64,000 bases of DNA from Cyanobacteriota bacterium (lineage in GTDB: Bacteria; Cyanobacteriota; Cyanobacteriia; PCC-6307; Cyanobiaceae). This document shows, piece after piece, positions 32,197 to 42,611 of the stretch. The stretch covers positions 1-64,000 of the forward strand of contig JBJOMY010000001.1 of NCBI GenBank assembly GCA_046052125.1. The letters run 5' to 3'. Position 1 is the first letter of the stretch. Every line of letters begins with the position of its first letter. Made by a program: the position numbers and the translations under genes. Under the pieces are notes generated by a model, which saw nothing but the letters and a program-made list of their open reading frames with translations, ran no database searches and had not been told where the DNA came from.

Positions 32197-32403
32197 TCAG
32201 ATCAGCGCACCGCCAGCGGTTCCAGGAAGGGCCCTCTGCGGCTGAATGGGTTGGCTCTTCGGTGTCTGGGGGGCTGAATCGCGCCACTGAAGGGGCGGCT
32301 CGGTTGAAGGCGCCAGGCGCACGAACCAGAACACCGAGGCAAACACAAGCCCCAGGGTGATCAGGATCCCCAGGATCACGGTGCGGTCGGGAAGATGGTT
32401 CAT
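32197..32403 (-). CDS. Small hypothetical membrane protein
   Basis: Single TM; ATGA overlap with the upstream ORF. Confidence 0.65.
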   Translation of the reverse strand: MNHLPDRTVILGILITLGLVFASVFWFVRLAPSTEPPLQWRDSAPQTPKSQPIQPQRALPGTAGGALI

Positions 32404-32690
32404 GCCTGATCCGTCTTGGTGCACTGCAGGGTGCGTCGCCCCTGCTCGAGGGTGAGGCTGTCGCCCCAGAGGGTGAGCGTCATCGCTTCGCTCTGGAAGA
32501 TCAAGCCCGGCTGGCTGCTCGCCTCACGGAACAACGTGTATCGCACGTTGCCGCTGATCAACGAGGCCTGGGCGTCGTTGCGCTCCACTACCAACACACC
32601 TTGCGCGCCGCAGAGGAAGCGCTCGCGGATGTCGTAGCCCTCCCACCAGGGGCTGCTGAGGGCGAGCAGTGGCAGCAGCAGCTCGATCAC
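32400..32690 (-). CDS. Hypothetical exported protein
   Basis: GTGA overlap with the msrA stop; signal-like N-terminus; two Cys. Confidence 0.7.
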   Translation of the reverse strand: MIELLLPLLALSSPWWEGYDIRERFLCGAQGVLVVERNDAQASLISGNVRYTLFREASSQPGLIFQSEAMTLTLWGDSLTLEQGRRTLQCTKTDQA

Positions 32691-33442
32691 AGCGCAATGG
32701 GTGTGTTGTCGCCGCGCAACACGCAGTGATCGATCGACCAGTCGTAGTGGCTCCAAAGCGATGCGGGCAGCTTGTAGTTGGAGCCACTGAAGGCGTCCAG
32801 CAGCACACCGCTCGGTCGTGCGGAGCAGTAGGGGCGGCTGCCGGGCCTGGCCAGGTATTGCTGGTGGTAGGCCTCGGCAAAGAAAAACGGCTGTCCGGTA
32901 GCGATTTCTGTGGTGATGGCTCCGCGACCGTTGGCCTGCAGCAGTTCCTGGTAGCGATCACGGGAGGCCTCCGCGATCGTCAGTAGGGCTGGTTCGTTCA
33001 CATAAATCGCCGAGCGGTATTGCGTGCCCGTGTCGTTGCCCTGGGCCATCCCCTGGGTGGGGTCATGGCATTCCCAGAACAGCTTGAGCAGATCGCTGAA
33101 ATCGATGGCGTTCACGTCCCACACCACCCGCACCACCTCGGTGTGGCCGGTGCGGCCCGAACACACTTCCTCGTAGGTGGGGTTGGGCGTAAATCCACCG
33201 GCGTAACCCACGGCTGTGCTGATCACACCGGGTAGGCGCCAGAAGCCTTTTTCAGCACCCCAGAAACAGCCGCAGCCGAACAGGGCTTCCGCTTGGCTGG
33301 TGCTCAGTGGTGCCTTGAGGGCCGTGCCCAGCACCACATGGCGATCAGCGGTGGCGATGGGTGCATCTCGGCCGGGCAGAGCCGCTGAGGGAGCAATCAG
33401 TTGACTCTTGGATCCGCTCAGTCCATCAAACAGTCCAAACAC
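32687..33442 (-). CDS. msrA: Peptide methionine sulfoxide reductase A
   Basis: GCFWGAE, PTYEEVCSG, QYRS, AEAYHQQYL. Confidence 0.96.
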   Translation of the reverse strand: MFGLFDGLSGSKSQLIAPSAALPGRDAPIATADRHVVLGTALKAPLSTSQAEALFGCGCFWGAEKGFWRLPGVISTAVGYAGGFTPNPTYEEVCSGRTGHTEVVRVVWDVNAIDFSDLLKLFWECHDPTQGMAQGNDTGTQYRSAIYVNEPALLTIAEASRDRYQELLQANGRGAITTEIATGQPFFFAEAYHQQYLARPGSRPYCSARPSGVLLDAFSGSNYKLPASLWSHYDWSIDHCVLRGDNTPIAL

Positions 33443-33480
33443 TGTTGCTGCAGCCGATGTGGCCCAGGAGCCTAGGGCGT

Positions 33481-33735
33481 TCACCCCTGGGGCGCGCCGG
33501 GTTCAAGGGCGATGTGGTTCAGCAGCGTTGTGGTGAAAGCGAACAGCAGAAACGGCAGCGACAGCACCAGGATCAGACCCACACCCACCAGGGCAAACAG
33601 GGGCTTGCTGGCGCCCATCAAGGCCAGGCCCGCCGCCAGGCTCACGAAAATCACCAGCATCCAGATCAGGATTTGGCCATAGATATCGCCGAAGGTGAGG
33701 GTGCAGCGCAGGCGGTAGGGCACACCGGTGGTCAT
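33481..33735 (-). CDS. Conserved cyanobacterial small membrane protein
   Basis: CTLTFGDIYGQI plus two TMs. Confidence 0.75.
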   Translation of the reverse strand: MTTGVPYRLRCTLTFGDIYGQILIWMLVIFVSLAAGLALMGASKPLFALVGVGLILVLSLPFLLFAFTTTLLNHIALEPGAPQG

Positions 33736-33809
33736 GGCAGCGGCGCGGAGCGTCAGCTTCAGCTAAGCCACGGCAGAGCCTGCTGTCTGCCACTGGGCAC
33801 AGATCGTGA

Positions 33810-35576
33810 TCAGGCCGCTGTGCTGAGTTGCTGCTCGGCCTGCTCCCGTTCCCACAGCCGCCGGTAGGTGCCGCTCTGCTGCACAAGCTCGTTGTGGTGC
33901 CCCTCTTGCACCAGCCGGCCGCCATCCATCACCAGGATGCGGTCGCAGGCTGCAGCAGCCGAGAGCTGGTGGCTGATCATCAGGATCGTGCGGTCCTGCT
34001 GGCTGCGCACCGATTGCAGGATATCGGCGGCGGTGTTGTTGTCCACGCTGGCGAGGGCGTCGTCGAGCACCAGCAGCGGTGCCTGCACCAGGAGTGCTCG
34101 ACCCAGGGCGGTGCGCTGGCGTTGGCCGCCGCTCAGGGTGATGCCGCGTTCGCCAACGAGTGTTCCGTAGCCATCGGGGAAGCCGCGGATGTCGCCTTCC
34201 AGCCGCGCCTGGATCGCCGCCTGCTCCACCACGGCCTGCTCAGCCTCCGGCTCGCCGTAGCGCAGGTTGTCCGCCAGGGTTGCGGTGAACAGATAGCCCT
34301 CCTGGGGCACCAGGGCCACCTGGCGGCGCAGGTCGTCGAGGGTTACGGCGGTGATGTCGGTGCCGTTGAGGAACAGCGCACCACTGGGCACCTCCACCAT
34401 GCGACCGAGGGCCCGGGCAAGGGTGGTTTTGCCGCAGCCCACCGGGCCCACCACGGCCACCAGTTCACCGGGCTCGAGCCTGAACGTCACGTGGTCGAGC
34501 GCCAGGCGTTCGGCATCGGGGTAGCGCAGGCACAGATCGCGCGCCTCCACGGCGGCGGCTTGCCGGCCAGCCCGCTCAGGGGCGGCCAGGGGCTTCGGCA
34601 TCGCAGGGGAGGTAACCAGCGGCTGGCGCTTCAGCAGCTCCTCCACCCGCTCCAGGCTCACCTGGCCCGTTTGGAAGGTGTTGAGGGTGAAGCCCAGCAG
34701 AGCCGTGGGAAACACCAGGCGCTCCACATAAAGGATCAGGGCCACCAGATCACCGATGCTCAGGCGGCCTGTTTCCAGCTGCCCGCTGCCCAGGGCGAGC
34801 AGCAGCAGCAGGCTCACCGATGAGATGCCTTCAAGCAGCGGAAACAGGGTGCTGCGGGTGCGGGCCAGCTGGAGGGCGTCGTCGCGGTAGCGGCGGTTGC
34901 GATCGGCGAAGGCCTGCCGTTCGGTGGCTTCCTGGCCGTAGATCTTGATCGCGTTGATGCCGGAAAGGTCTTCCTGGATCAGATCGCTGAGCTGGGCGAG
35001 GGCTTCCTGTTGCCGCCGCTGCTGCCGCATCATTCGGCCGCCGAACAGGCGCACCGTGACCAGCATCAGTGGGTAGAGCCCCACCGCCGCCAGGCTGAGC
35101 AGCGGATCGATCGCCAGCATCGCCGGCAGGGTCAGGGCGTAGGCGAGAACCGTGTTGGTGAGGCTGAGCACAGCGAAACCCAGCAGCCGCCGCACGTTTT
35201 CCACATCGCTGGTGGCCCGGCTGATCACCTCGCCGCTGCCGGTGGTCTGCACCCAGCCGGGTTCCTGGCGCAGCATGTGATCGAAGATCTCTTGCTTCAG
35301 CCCCGCCTCCACCTGGCGGCCCACGCCGAACACCAACATCCGCGACCACAGCCTTACGGCCCCCATCACCGTGGCCAGGGCAATGATCAGCGTCGCCTGG
35401 CGCAGCACATCGCTGAAGGTGAAGCCGTCCTGCAGATCGTCGATCACGCCGCGCACCAGCAGTGGCAGCGCCACGCTCAGCAGGTTCACCACCACGAGCG
35501 CAGCCACCCCCAGCAGCACCGTGCGCCGATAGGGCCGCAGGTAGCGCCCGATCAACCCGAACCGGATGGCTGCCAT
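33810..35576 (-). CDS. ABC exporter, fused permease/ATPase
   Basis: TM domain, GPVGCGKTT, LSGGQRQR, LVLDD. Confidence 0.95.
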   Translation of the reverse strand: MAAIRFGLIGRYLRPYRRTVLLGVAALVVVNLLSVALPLLVRGVIDDLQDGFTFSDVLRQATLIIALATVMGAVRLWSRMLVFGVGRQVEAGLKQEIFDHMLRQEPGWVQTTGSGEVISRATSDVENVRRLLGFAVLSLTNTVLAYALTLPAMLAIDPLLSLAAVGLYPLMLVTVRLFGGRMMRQQRRQQEALAQLSDLIQEDLSGINAIKIYGQEATERQAFADRNRRYRDDALQLARTRSTLFPLLEGISSVSLLLLLALGSGQLETGRLSIGDLVALILYVERLVFPTALLGFTLNTFQTGQVSLERVEELLKRQPLVTSPAMPKPLAAPERAGRQAAAVEARDLCLRYPDAERLALDHVTFRLEPGELVAVVGPVGCGKTTLARALGRMVEVPSGALFLNGTDITAVTLDDLRRQVALVPQEGYLFTATLADNLRYGEPEAEQAVVEQAAIQARLEGDIRGFPDGYGTLVGERGITLSGGQRQRTALGRALLVQAPLLVLDDALASVDNNTAADILQSVRSQQDRTILMISHQLSAAAACDRILVMDGGRLVQEGHHNELVQQSGTYRRLWEREQAEQQLSTAA

Positions 35577-35628
35577 GACGCTCCGCAGGAAGCTGCCAAC
35601 CTAGGGAGCCAGCCTTTATGCAAGCGTT

Positions 35629-35952
35629 TTGGCCCTCAGCGATCAGCCGGAGCAGCAACATCCTCTGTATGCCAGCGATCGCGATCTCGTGGATTCGCTA
35701 CTGGCCACCCAGCAGCCGGTTGATGCCCAACTGGTGGATCTGGGCCGGCTGTTGATGCGCTACGCCGGATTTCCCGGTGCTCTCGACCTGCAGGACGATC
35801 TCCAGAAAACGCTGCGCCTCTGGGGACTGAGCCGCGATGAGCTCAACCAGCGTTGCCGCGCGATCTGGGCCGAGGGCTATCGCCCTGGTGCCGAAGCCCA
35901 GGAACAGGCGGTGGGCTCCGGCTTCGATACCGCCGATCAGGACAGCCCCTGA
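35629..35952 (+). CDS. DUF3288 family protein
   Basis: QHPLYASDR, RYAGFPGA, IW..GYRP. Confidence 0.8.
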   Translation: MALSDQPEQQHPLYASDRDLVDSLLATQQPVDAQLVDLGRLLMRYAGFPGALDLQDDLQKTLRLWGLSRDELNQRCRAIWAEGYRPGAEAQEQAVGSGFDTADQDSP

Positions 35953-35994
35953 TCCGTTTTTTCTGCTACATCAGCGGCACCTGATCACGCCCCG

Positions 35995-37035
35995 ATGGCC
36001 GCTGCCCCCTCCTGGCCCGCCCTGCTGGAGCAGCTGTTGCAGGGCCAGTCCCTGCAGGCTGAGCAGGCCACGGCCCTGATGGAGGCCTGGCTCGCCGAAG
36101 AGCTCGAACCCGTGCTCACCGGAGCACTGCTGGCGGCCCTGCGGGCAAAAGGAGTGAATGGCGAGGAGCTCGCTGCCATGGCCCAGGTGCTGCGGCAGGC
36201 CTGCCCCTTGCCGGGACCGCGGCCCAACCTGCCCCTGGTGGATACCTGTGGCACCGGTGGAGATGGTGCCAACACCTTCAACATCTCAACCGCTGTGGCG
36301 TTTGTGGCTGCCGCCTGCGGCGCCCATGTGGCCAAGCACGGCAACCGCAGCGCCAGCGGCAAGGTGGGCTCCGCCGATGTGCTCGAGGCAGCGGGTCTCA
36401 ACCTCAAAGCTGCACCAGCCCAGGTGGTGGCGGCCCTGGAGCCAGCCGGTGTGACCTTCCTCTTCGCTCCCGGCTGGCACCCCGCCCTGGTGGGGCTGGC
36501 GCCGCTGCGCCGTGCCCTGGGGGTGCGCACCGTGTTCAACCTGCTGGGGCCGCTGGTGAATCCGCTGCGCCCTGATACCCAGGTGCTGGGGGTGGGGGCT
36601 GCCGATCTGCTCGATCCGATGGCCGATGCCCTGGCCCGACTTGGATTGCAGCGGGCTGTGGTTGTCCATGGCCATGGCGGTCTGGATGAGGCGTCGCTCT
36701 CGGGGCCCAGTGAGTTGCGCTTGATCGAGGCCGGCCAAGTGCGTGCCGAAACGATCACGCCTGAAGCTGTGGGCTTGGTGAGGGCTCCCATGCAAGCCCT
36801 CGTGGGTGGCGAGGTTGCCGATAACCAGGCGATCCTCGAAGCGGTGCTTCAGGGCCGGGCCACGGCTCCCCAGCGGGATGTGGTGGCGTTGAACGCTGCC
36901 CTGGTGCTCTGGGCCGCCGGTCGGGCTGATTCGGTGGTGACAGCCGTGCCGCTTGCGCTCGAGGCCATAGCCAGCGGCCAGGCCTGGCAGCGCTTTGTGA
37001 GCCTCCGCAGCGCGCTGGACGCCCCTCCGGCCTGA
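35995..37035 (+). CDS. trpD: Anthranilate phosphoribosyltransferase
   Basis: DTCGTGGDG, KHGNRSASGKVGSAD, GLDE. Confidence 0.97.
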   Translation: MAAAPSWPALLEQLLQGQSLQAEQATALMEAWLAEELEPVLTGALLAALRAKGVNGEELAAMAQVLRQACPLPGPRPNLPLVDTCGTGGDGANTFNISTAVAFVAAACGAHVAKHGNRSASGKVGSADVLEAAGLNLKAAPAQVVAALEPAGVTFLFAPGWHPALVGLAPLRRALGVRTVFNLLGPLVNPLRPDTQVLGVGAADLLDPMADALARLGLQRAVVVHGHGGLDEASLSGPSELRLIEAGQVRAETITPEAVGLVRAPMQALVGGEVADNQAILEAVLQGRATAPQRDVVALNAALVLWAAGRADSVVTAVPLALEAIASGQAWQRFVSLRSALDAPPA

Positions 37036-37062
37036 TGCACCCTGCAGGGGATGATGGGGTCC

Positions 37063-38208
37063 ATGACGACAGCCTCCTCCCCTTCTCCCGCCCTGCTGGT
37101 GCTGGCCGACGGCCTGGTGTTGCGCGGTGAATCGTTTGGTGCCACCGGCACAGCGGTGGGCGAGGTGGTGTTCAACACCGGCATGAGCGGTTATCAGGAG
37201 GTGATGACCGATCCCAGCTATGCCGGTCAGCTGGTGACCTTTACCTATCCCGAGCTGGGAAATACCGGCGTCAACAGCGCCGATCAGGAAGCTGATGCCC
37301 CCCACGTGCGTGGCGTGATCGCCCGGGAGCTGGCGCCGGTGCCGAGCAACTGGCGTTGCGAAGACAGTCTCGAGGCCTGGCTCAGCCGCCAAAACGTCGT
37401 GGGGATTCGCGGCATCGATACGCGTGCGCTGGTGCGCCATCTCCGGGAAGGGGGTGCCATCAATGGCGCGATCAGCACCGATGGCAGCTCGCCCCAGGCG
37501 CTGCTCGAGCAGGTGCGAACCGCTCCGTCCATGGCGGGGCTCAACCTGGCCCAGCGCGTCAGCACCACGGCTGCTTACGAGTGGTCGGCGCTCTGTCCGG
37601 CAGCCTTTGATCAGCGCCTCCAGAGCAATCCGGCCCAGCCGTATCGCGTGGTGGCGATCGACTTCGGCATCAAGCGCGCCATCCTCGAGCGCCTGGCGGC
37701 CCATGGCTGTGCGATCACGGTGTTGCCCGCTGACGCCACGCTTCAGCAGGTGCTGGCCCACCAGCCCGAGGGGGTGTTTCTCTCCAACGGTCCTGGCGAC
37801 CCTGCCGCCGTGACCAGTGGCATCAGCCTGGCCCGCGATCTGCTGCAGCAGAGCGATCTGCCGGTGTTCGGCATCTGCCTGGGTCATCAGATCCTGGGCC
37901 TGGCCATGGGCGGCAGCACCTACAAGCTGGGCTACGGCCACCGCGGTCTCAATCACCCCTGCGGCAGTCCGGGGCTGGTTGAGATCACCAGCCAGAACCA
38001 CGGCTTCGCCATTGATGCCAATTCGCTCCCGGCTGGCGATGTGGAGGTGACCCACTTCAATCTCAACGACCGCACCGTGGCCGCCCTCGCCCATCGTCAC
38101 AAGCCGGTGTTCGGTGTGCAGTACCACCCCGAAGCGAGCCCCGGTCCGCACGACGCCGACCATCACTTCTCACGCTTCGCTGCGTTGATGGCAGAGCGGC
38201 GCGCCTAG
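37063..38208 (+). CDS. carA: Carbamoyl-phosphate synthase small subunit
   Basis: [33 protein letters not shown]. Confidence 0.97.
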   Translation: MTTASSPSPALLVLADGLVLRGESFGATGTAVGEVVFNTGMSGYQEVMTDPSYAGQLVTFTYPELGNTGVNSADQEADAPHVRGVIARELAPVPSNWRCEDSLEAWLSRQNVVGIRGIDTRALVRHLREGGAINGAISTDGSSPQALLEQVRTAPSMAGLNLAQRVSTTAAYEWSALCPAAFDQRLQSNPAQPYRVVAIDFGIKRAILERLAAHGCAITVLPADATLQQVLAHQPEGVFLSNGPGDPAAVTSGISLARDLLQQSDLPVFGICLGHQILGLAMGGSTYKLGYGHRGLNHPCGSPGLVEITSQNHGFAIDANSLPAGDVEVTHFNLNDRTVAALAHRHKPVFGVQYHPEASPGPHDADHHFSRFAALMAERRA

Positions 38209-38313
38209 GGCATCAATGCAGCTTTGTTGCGGTCCTGTTCGTTCCGAAAACCGTAATTACACTGCAGGCGCCCCAAACCTCAGAGGTCAGGAGCCATCAC
38301 TGATCTGCAGCGA

Positions 38314-38661
38314 TTGACCGTGTCTCTGCGCGGTGGCTATCAACAGCAGGACGGTTGTCTGCTGTTCAGTTTCACCGGCCAGCTCGACGCCTACTCCGAG
38401 AAGCAGTTTCTCGCCTTCATCAGCGAGCACCTCACCAGCACGCCCCAGCCGCTGGTGATCGATCTGAGCAAGATCGATTTCATCGATTCCTCCGGTCTCG
38501 GTGCCCTGGTGCAAATGGCCAAGCAGTGCAACGACCAGGCCATGCAGTTCCTGGTGGTGGGCAATGCCCGGGTCGTGCAGACGGTGAAACTGGTGAGGCT
38601 CGAGCAGTTCCTCCATCTCCAGCCCGACCTCGATACCGCCCTCGGATCCATCGCCGCCTGA
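38314..38661 (+). CDS. STAS-domain anti-sigma factor antagonist (start possibly ATC 38296)
   Basis: GQLDAYS, IDLSKIDFIDSSGLGALV. Confidence 0.9.
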   Translation: MTVSLRGGYQQQDGCLLFSFTGQLDAYSEKQFLAFISEHLTSTPQPLVIDLSKIDFIDSSGLGALVQMAKQCNDQAMQFLVVGNARVVQTVKLVRLEQFLHLQPDLDTALGSIAA

Positions 38662-38716
38662 CTGGCTGCCGTCCGTACCGGTTTGTCAAATTCCCGTTGA
38701 GCTTGGCCCCCTGCAG

Positions 38717-39082
38717 TTGGCCTGGCTCGGCGATGCGGTGTGGGAGCTCCACCAGCGTCTTCGCCATTGCCGTCGCCCCGGCCGCAGCGCTGATCTGCAT
38801 AAGGCTGTAGTGGCTGAAGTGCGCGCCGATGCCCAGGCCGAGGCCCTCGCGGTGCTGGAGCGTGATGGCCTGCTCAGCCAGGGCGAGCTAGAGCTGGTAC
38901 GGAAGGGCCGCAACCGTGCCGGCCGTGGACCCCGCAAAGGCGAGGCCGGCATTTATGGCCGGGCAACGGGGTTTGAGACAATGGTTGGCTGGCTCTTTCT
39001 CCAGAACCCCAGCCGCCTTGCTCAGCTGCTGGCACACCTTGAGGACGCCGACCCGATAACCCCGATGCCCGTTAACCAATGA
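38717..39082 (+). CDS. mrnC: Mini-ribonuclease III (start uncertain)
   Basis: LAWLGDAVWEL, GRN, ATGFETMVGWL; lies upstream of rlmB. Confidence 0.9.
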   Translation: MAWLGDAVWELHQRLRHCRRPGRSADLHKAVVAEVRADAQAEALAVLERDGLLSQGELELVRKGRNRAGRGPRKGEAGIYGRATGFETMVGWLFLQNPSRLAQLLAHLEDADPITPMPVNQ

Positions 39083-40743
39083 GCCCCCGTTTTGATCGTC
39101 GCAGGGACCAGGGCCAGGGCTCCGGAGCAGCGGGTTCGCGCCCTTCCCGTCCCGGCCGTGCAGATGCCCGTGGCGGCTCCCGCCGTCCCTTCAGTCCCCG
39201 GGGCGAATGGCGGCCTGATCGTTCTGAAGGCGGGGATCGGGGCGATCGCCCCTCCTTTGGCCGCCGGCCCGAACGCACGGATCGCTTTGAGCGCTCCGAT
39301 CGCCCGAGTTCCTACAGCGACCGTTCCGGCGATCGCCCGCGCCCGGAGCGCCGTTTTGATGGCCCTCGTCCTGCTGCGGCCGACGGATCCCGTTCGGAGC
39401 GCCCCCGTTTCGATCGTCCTCGCTTTGATCGTCCCCGGGGCGATGCTCCCCGCGGCAGTGGTAGCCGCAGCGAGCGTCGTCCGGGTCGTCCCCAAGGCCC
39501 TGGGCGGCCCAGCATGGGCGGCCGTCCCGGGGCTCGCCCCTCGTTCCAGGATCGGCGCTTCGATCGCCGGCCCCAGCGCAGCGACCGCGATCAGGCACCC
39601 CCGAGCCGTCCGCTGATCGTGGACGCCCCCACGGGCGAATCGGAACGCTTCAACGCCGGCCCAGCCGACGATTTGATCTGGGGGCGCCATGCGGCCCAGG
39701 CCGCTCTGGAGAGCGATCGCCCGATTCACCGGATCTGGTGCACGCCGGAGATGCGCTTTCAGCCGCGCTTCATGCAGCTGTTGCGGGAAGCCAAATCCGG
39801 CGGCGTGCTGGTGGAGGAGGTCACCTGGTCGCGGCTCGGACAGCTCACCGATGGTGCGGTGCACCAGGGGATCGTGCTTCAGGCCGCTGCGGCTGACACC
39901 TTGGATCTCGGCAGCCTCATTGATGGCTGCCGCCAGATCGGCGAGCCGCCGCTGCTGATGGCCCTCGATGGCATCACCGATCCGCACAACCTTGGCGCGA
40001 TCGTGCGCAGTGCCGAAGCGCTCGGTGCCCATGGCCTGGTGCTTCCGCAGCGCCGCAGCGCCGGTCTCACCGGTTCAGTGGCCAAGGTGGCGGCGGGTGC
40101 TCTTGAGCACTTGCCGGTTGCACGGGTGGTGAACCTCAACCGCTCCCTGGAAACTCTCAAGGAGGAGGGCTACCGCGTGATCGGCCTGGCCGGGGAAGCT
40201 GGAGTCGCCCTGAGCGAGGCGGATCTCGATGGTCCGCTGGTGATTGTGACCGGCTCTGAAGGGGCTGGTCTGTCGATGCTCACCCGCAAGCACTGCGATC
40301 AGCTGGTGCGCATCCCCCTGCGCGGTGCCACCCCCAGCCTCAACGCCTCGGTGGCCACCGCGATGGTGCTCTACGAGGTGGCGCGCCGCGGCTGGATGAA
40401 GCAGATCACCGGTTCCTCTCCTGCCCCGCGGATCGTGCGGCCCCAGCTCGCCACGCCTCCGGCGATCGAGCGCAATCACACCCCGGAGCCGGCGGCTGAC
40501 GAGCCGCTTGCGCTTGAGGCGTTTGAAGACGAAGCGTTCAACACCGAAGCGTTCGACACCAACGCCTTCGACATGGAGACTGAAGAGACAAACACTGTGT
40601 CGTCTGAGCCTCAGAGCGCTGATCACCACCACCCCGTGGCGGAGGCAGAGTCTCAACTTGAGGAGCCTGCCGGCGAGCCAGAGCTGGTGCTGGGTCTGTC
40701 GCCGCAGGTGGCCACGGGCTTCGCCGGCGACATCCAGCTCTGA
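39079..40743 (+). CDS. rlmB: 23S rRNA Gm2251 methyltransferase with long low-complexity N- and C-terminal extensions
   Basis: WGRH, HQG, LDGITDPHNLGAIVRSA, GSEG, SLNASVA (SPOUT). Confidence 0.93.
   Translation: MSPRFDRRRDQGQGSGAAGSRPSRPGRADARGGSRRPFSPRGEWRPDRSEGGDRGDRPSFGRRPERTDRFERSDRPSSYSDRSGDRPRPERRFDGPRPAAADGSRSERPRFDRPRFDRPRGDAPRGSGSRSERRPGRPQGPGRPSMGGRPGARPSFQDRRFDRRPQRSDRDQAPPSRPLIVDAPTGESERFNAGPADDLIWGRHAAQAALESDRPIHRIWCTPEMRFQPRFMQLLREAKSGGVLVEEVTWSRLGQLTDGAVHQGIVLQAAAADTLDLGSLIDGCRQIGEPPLLMALDGITDPHNLGAIVRSAEALGAHGLVLPQRRSAGLTGSVAKVAAGALEHLPVARVVNLNRSLETLKEEGYRVIGLAGEAGVALSEADLDGPLVIVTGSEGAGLSMLTRKHCDQLVRIPLRGATPSLNASVATAMVLYEVARRGWMKQITGSSPAPRIVRPQLATPPAIERNHTPEPAADEPLALEAFEDEAFNTEAFDTNAFDMETEETNTVSSEPQSADHHHPVAEAESQLEEPAGEPELVLGLSPQVATGFAGDIQL
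40516..40575 (+). repeat. Four degenerate 15-bp tandem repeats in the rlmB 3' tail
   Basis: GAGGCGTTTGAAGAC GAAGCGTTCAACACC GAAGCGTTCGACACC AACGCCTTCGACATG. Confidence 0.8.
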
Positions 40744-40787
40744 ACATCCGGGCCGCCGATGCTGCGCACGGCCCTTTCGCCGCCACA

Positions 40788-41054
40788 ATGAGTCCACTGC
40801 CCACCGCCCCGATGACCACCCTGTTCCAGCCCCTGCGCAGCGTTGCCAACGGGCTTGGTCTGGCCTGGTGGGCTCGGGTGGAGACCCGCCAGCCGGATGT
40901 CACCTACTGGTTCGGCCCTTACGTGCGGCGCAGCAGCCTCGAGGAGGCGCTGCCTCCTTTCCTGGCGGACCTGCGCAGTGAGGGGGCAGGGGAGATCAAT
41001 CACGCGCTGCTGCGCACCCGCCGCGGCGAGCCGTTCACCATCAGTGCTGACTGA
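40788..41054 (+). CDS. DUF1816 family protein
   Basis: [22 protein letters not shown]. Confidence 0.85.
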   Translation: MSPLPTAPMTTLFQPLRSVANGLGLAWWARVETRQPDVTYWFGPYVRRSSLEEALPPFLADLRSEGAGEINHALLRTRRGEPFTISAD

Positions 41055-41086
41055 TAGCGTCGACCCCTGGAATTGCAGCAGGGTTG

Positions 41087-42547
41087 ATGGGGATCGCCGA
41101 GTGGCGCGAGCAGCTCAAGCGCGGCGAGGTGTCCGCCCGTGAGCTCACCGATCACCACCTCAGCCGCATTGAGGCGGTTGAGCCCAGCATCAACGCCTAC
41201 ACCGAGGTCACCGCGGAGCGCGCCCGCGCCGACGCCGATCGCATCGATGCCGCCCGCGCCGCCGGTGAACCGCTGCCGCCGTTAGCGGGTGTGCCCCTGG
41301 CCATCAAGGACAACCTCTGCACCCGCGGAGTGCGCACCACCTGCTCCAGCCGCATGCTGGAGAGCTTCGTCCCGCCCTACGAATCCACCGTTACCTCCCG
41401 CCTCTGGGATGCGGGCGCGGTGTTGCTGGGCAAGACCAATCTCGATGAGTTCGCCATGGGCAGCTCCACCGAGACCTCCGTATTCGGGCCCAGTCGCAAC
41501 CCCTGGAACACCGAGAAGGTGCCCGGCGGCAGTTCCGGTGGCAGCGCCGCCGCCGTTGCCGCGGGTGAGTGCGTGGGCTCGCTCGGTTCGGATACCGGTG
41601 GCTCGATTCGCCAGCCCGCTGCCTTCTGCGGGGTGGTGGGCCTGAAACCCACCTATGGCCGCGTGAGCCGCTACGGCCTCGTGGCGTTTGCCAGCTCCCT
41701 CGATCAGGTGGGCCCGTTTGCCACCAACGTGGCCGATGCAGCCGAGCTGTTGCAGGTGATTGCCGGTGAAGATCCGCGCGATTCCACCTGTCTCAAGGCC
41801 CCCGTTCCCGACTACCGCGCCGCCCTGCAGCAACCGGTGGCGGGTCTGAAGGTGGGCATCGTGCGCGAGTGCTTCGAGGCTGAAGGCCTCGACCCCGCCG
41901 TGAAGGCCTCGGTGATGGCTGCCGCCGCTCAGCTGGAAGCTCTGGGTTGTGAGCTGGTGGAGGTGAGCTGCCCCCGCTTCAACGACGGCATCGCCACCTA
42001 CTACGTGATCGCTCCCTCGGAAGCGTCGGCCAACCTGGCTCGCTACGACGGCGTGAAATATGGCTACCGCGCCGCCGATGCGGCCAGCCTGGCGGAGATG
42101 ACCTCCCGCAGCCGCGCCGAAGGCTTCGGTGATGAGGTGAAGCGCCGCATCCTGATCGGCACCTATGCCCTCTCGGCCGGCTATGTGGATGCCTACTACA
42201 AGAAGGCCCAGCAGGTGCGCACCCTGATCCGCCGCGATTTCGATCGCGCCTTCGGAGCAGTGGATGTGCTGCTCACGCCCACGTCTCCCACAACGGCCTT
42301 CGGATTCGGCGCCCATAGCGAGGATCCCCTCGCCATGTACCTCGCTGACCTGCTCACGATCCCCGCGAACATGGCCGGCCTGCCCGCCATCAGCCTGCCC
42401 TGTGGTTTCGATTCGGCGGGCCTGCCCATCGGCGTGCAGCTGATCACCGGCGTGCTGCAGGAAGAGCGTCTGCTGCAGGTGGCCTGGAATTACGAGCAGG
42501 CGGCTCAGGTGATGGCCAAGCGTCCTGAAGCCGCTCTGGTGCCCTGA
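41087..42547 (+). CDS. gatA: Asp/Glu-tRNA amidotransferase subunit A
   Basis: [35 protein letters not shown]. Confidence 0.97.
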   Translation: MGIAEWREQLKRGEVSARELTDHHLSRIEAVEPSINAYTEVTAERARADADRIDAARAAGEPLPPLAGVPLAIKDNLCTRGVRTTCSSRMLESFVPPYESTVTSRLWDAGAVLLGKTNLDEFAMGSSTETSVFGPSRNPWNTEKVPGGSSGGSAAAVAAGECVGSLGSDTGGSIRQPAAFCGVVGLKPTYGRVSRYGLVAFASSLDQVGPFATNVADAAELLQVIAGEDPRDSTCLKAPVPDYRAALQQPVAGLKVGIVRECFEAEGLDPAVKASVMAAAAQLEALGCELVEVSCPRFNDGIATYYVIAPSEASANLARYDGVKYGYRAADAASLAEMTSRSRAEGFGDEVKRRILIGTYALSAGYVDAYYKKAQQVRTLIRRDFDRAFGAVDVLLTPTSPTTAFGFGAHSEDPLAMYLADLLTIPANMAGLPAISLPCGFDSAGLPIGVQLITGVLQEERLLQVAWNYEQAAQVMAKRPEAALVP

Positions 42548-42611
42548 AGACACTGCATCTGGTGTTGGCCCCTTAGCCTGGGGCCACTGCATCGCTCCGG
42601 CGCCGCCGCCT

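Noticed and set aside
36286..38166. Long antisense ORFs (e.g. 626 aa here, also 42573-44384, 57403-59343, 41282-42592)
   Set aside because: They are shadows of well-supported core genes on the opposite strand, expected from high GC3 codon bias, and have no recognisable motifs.
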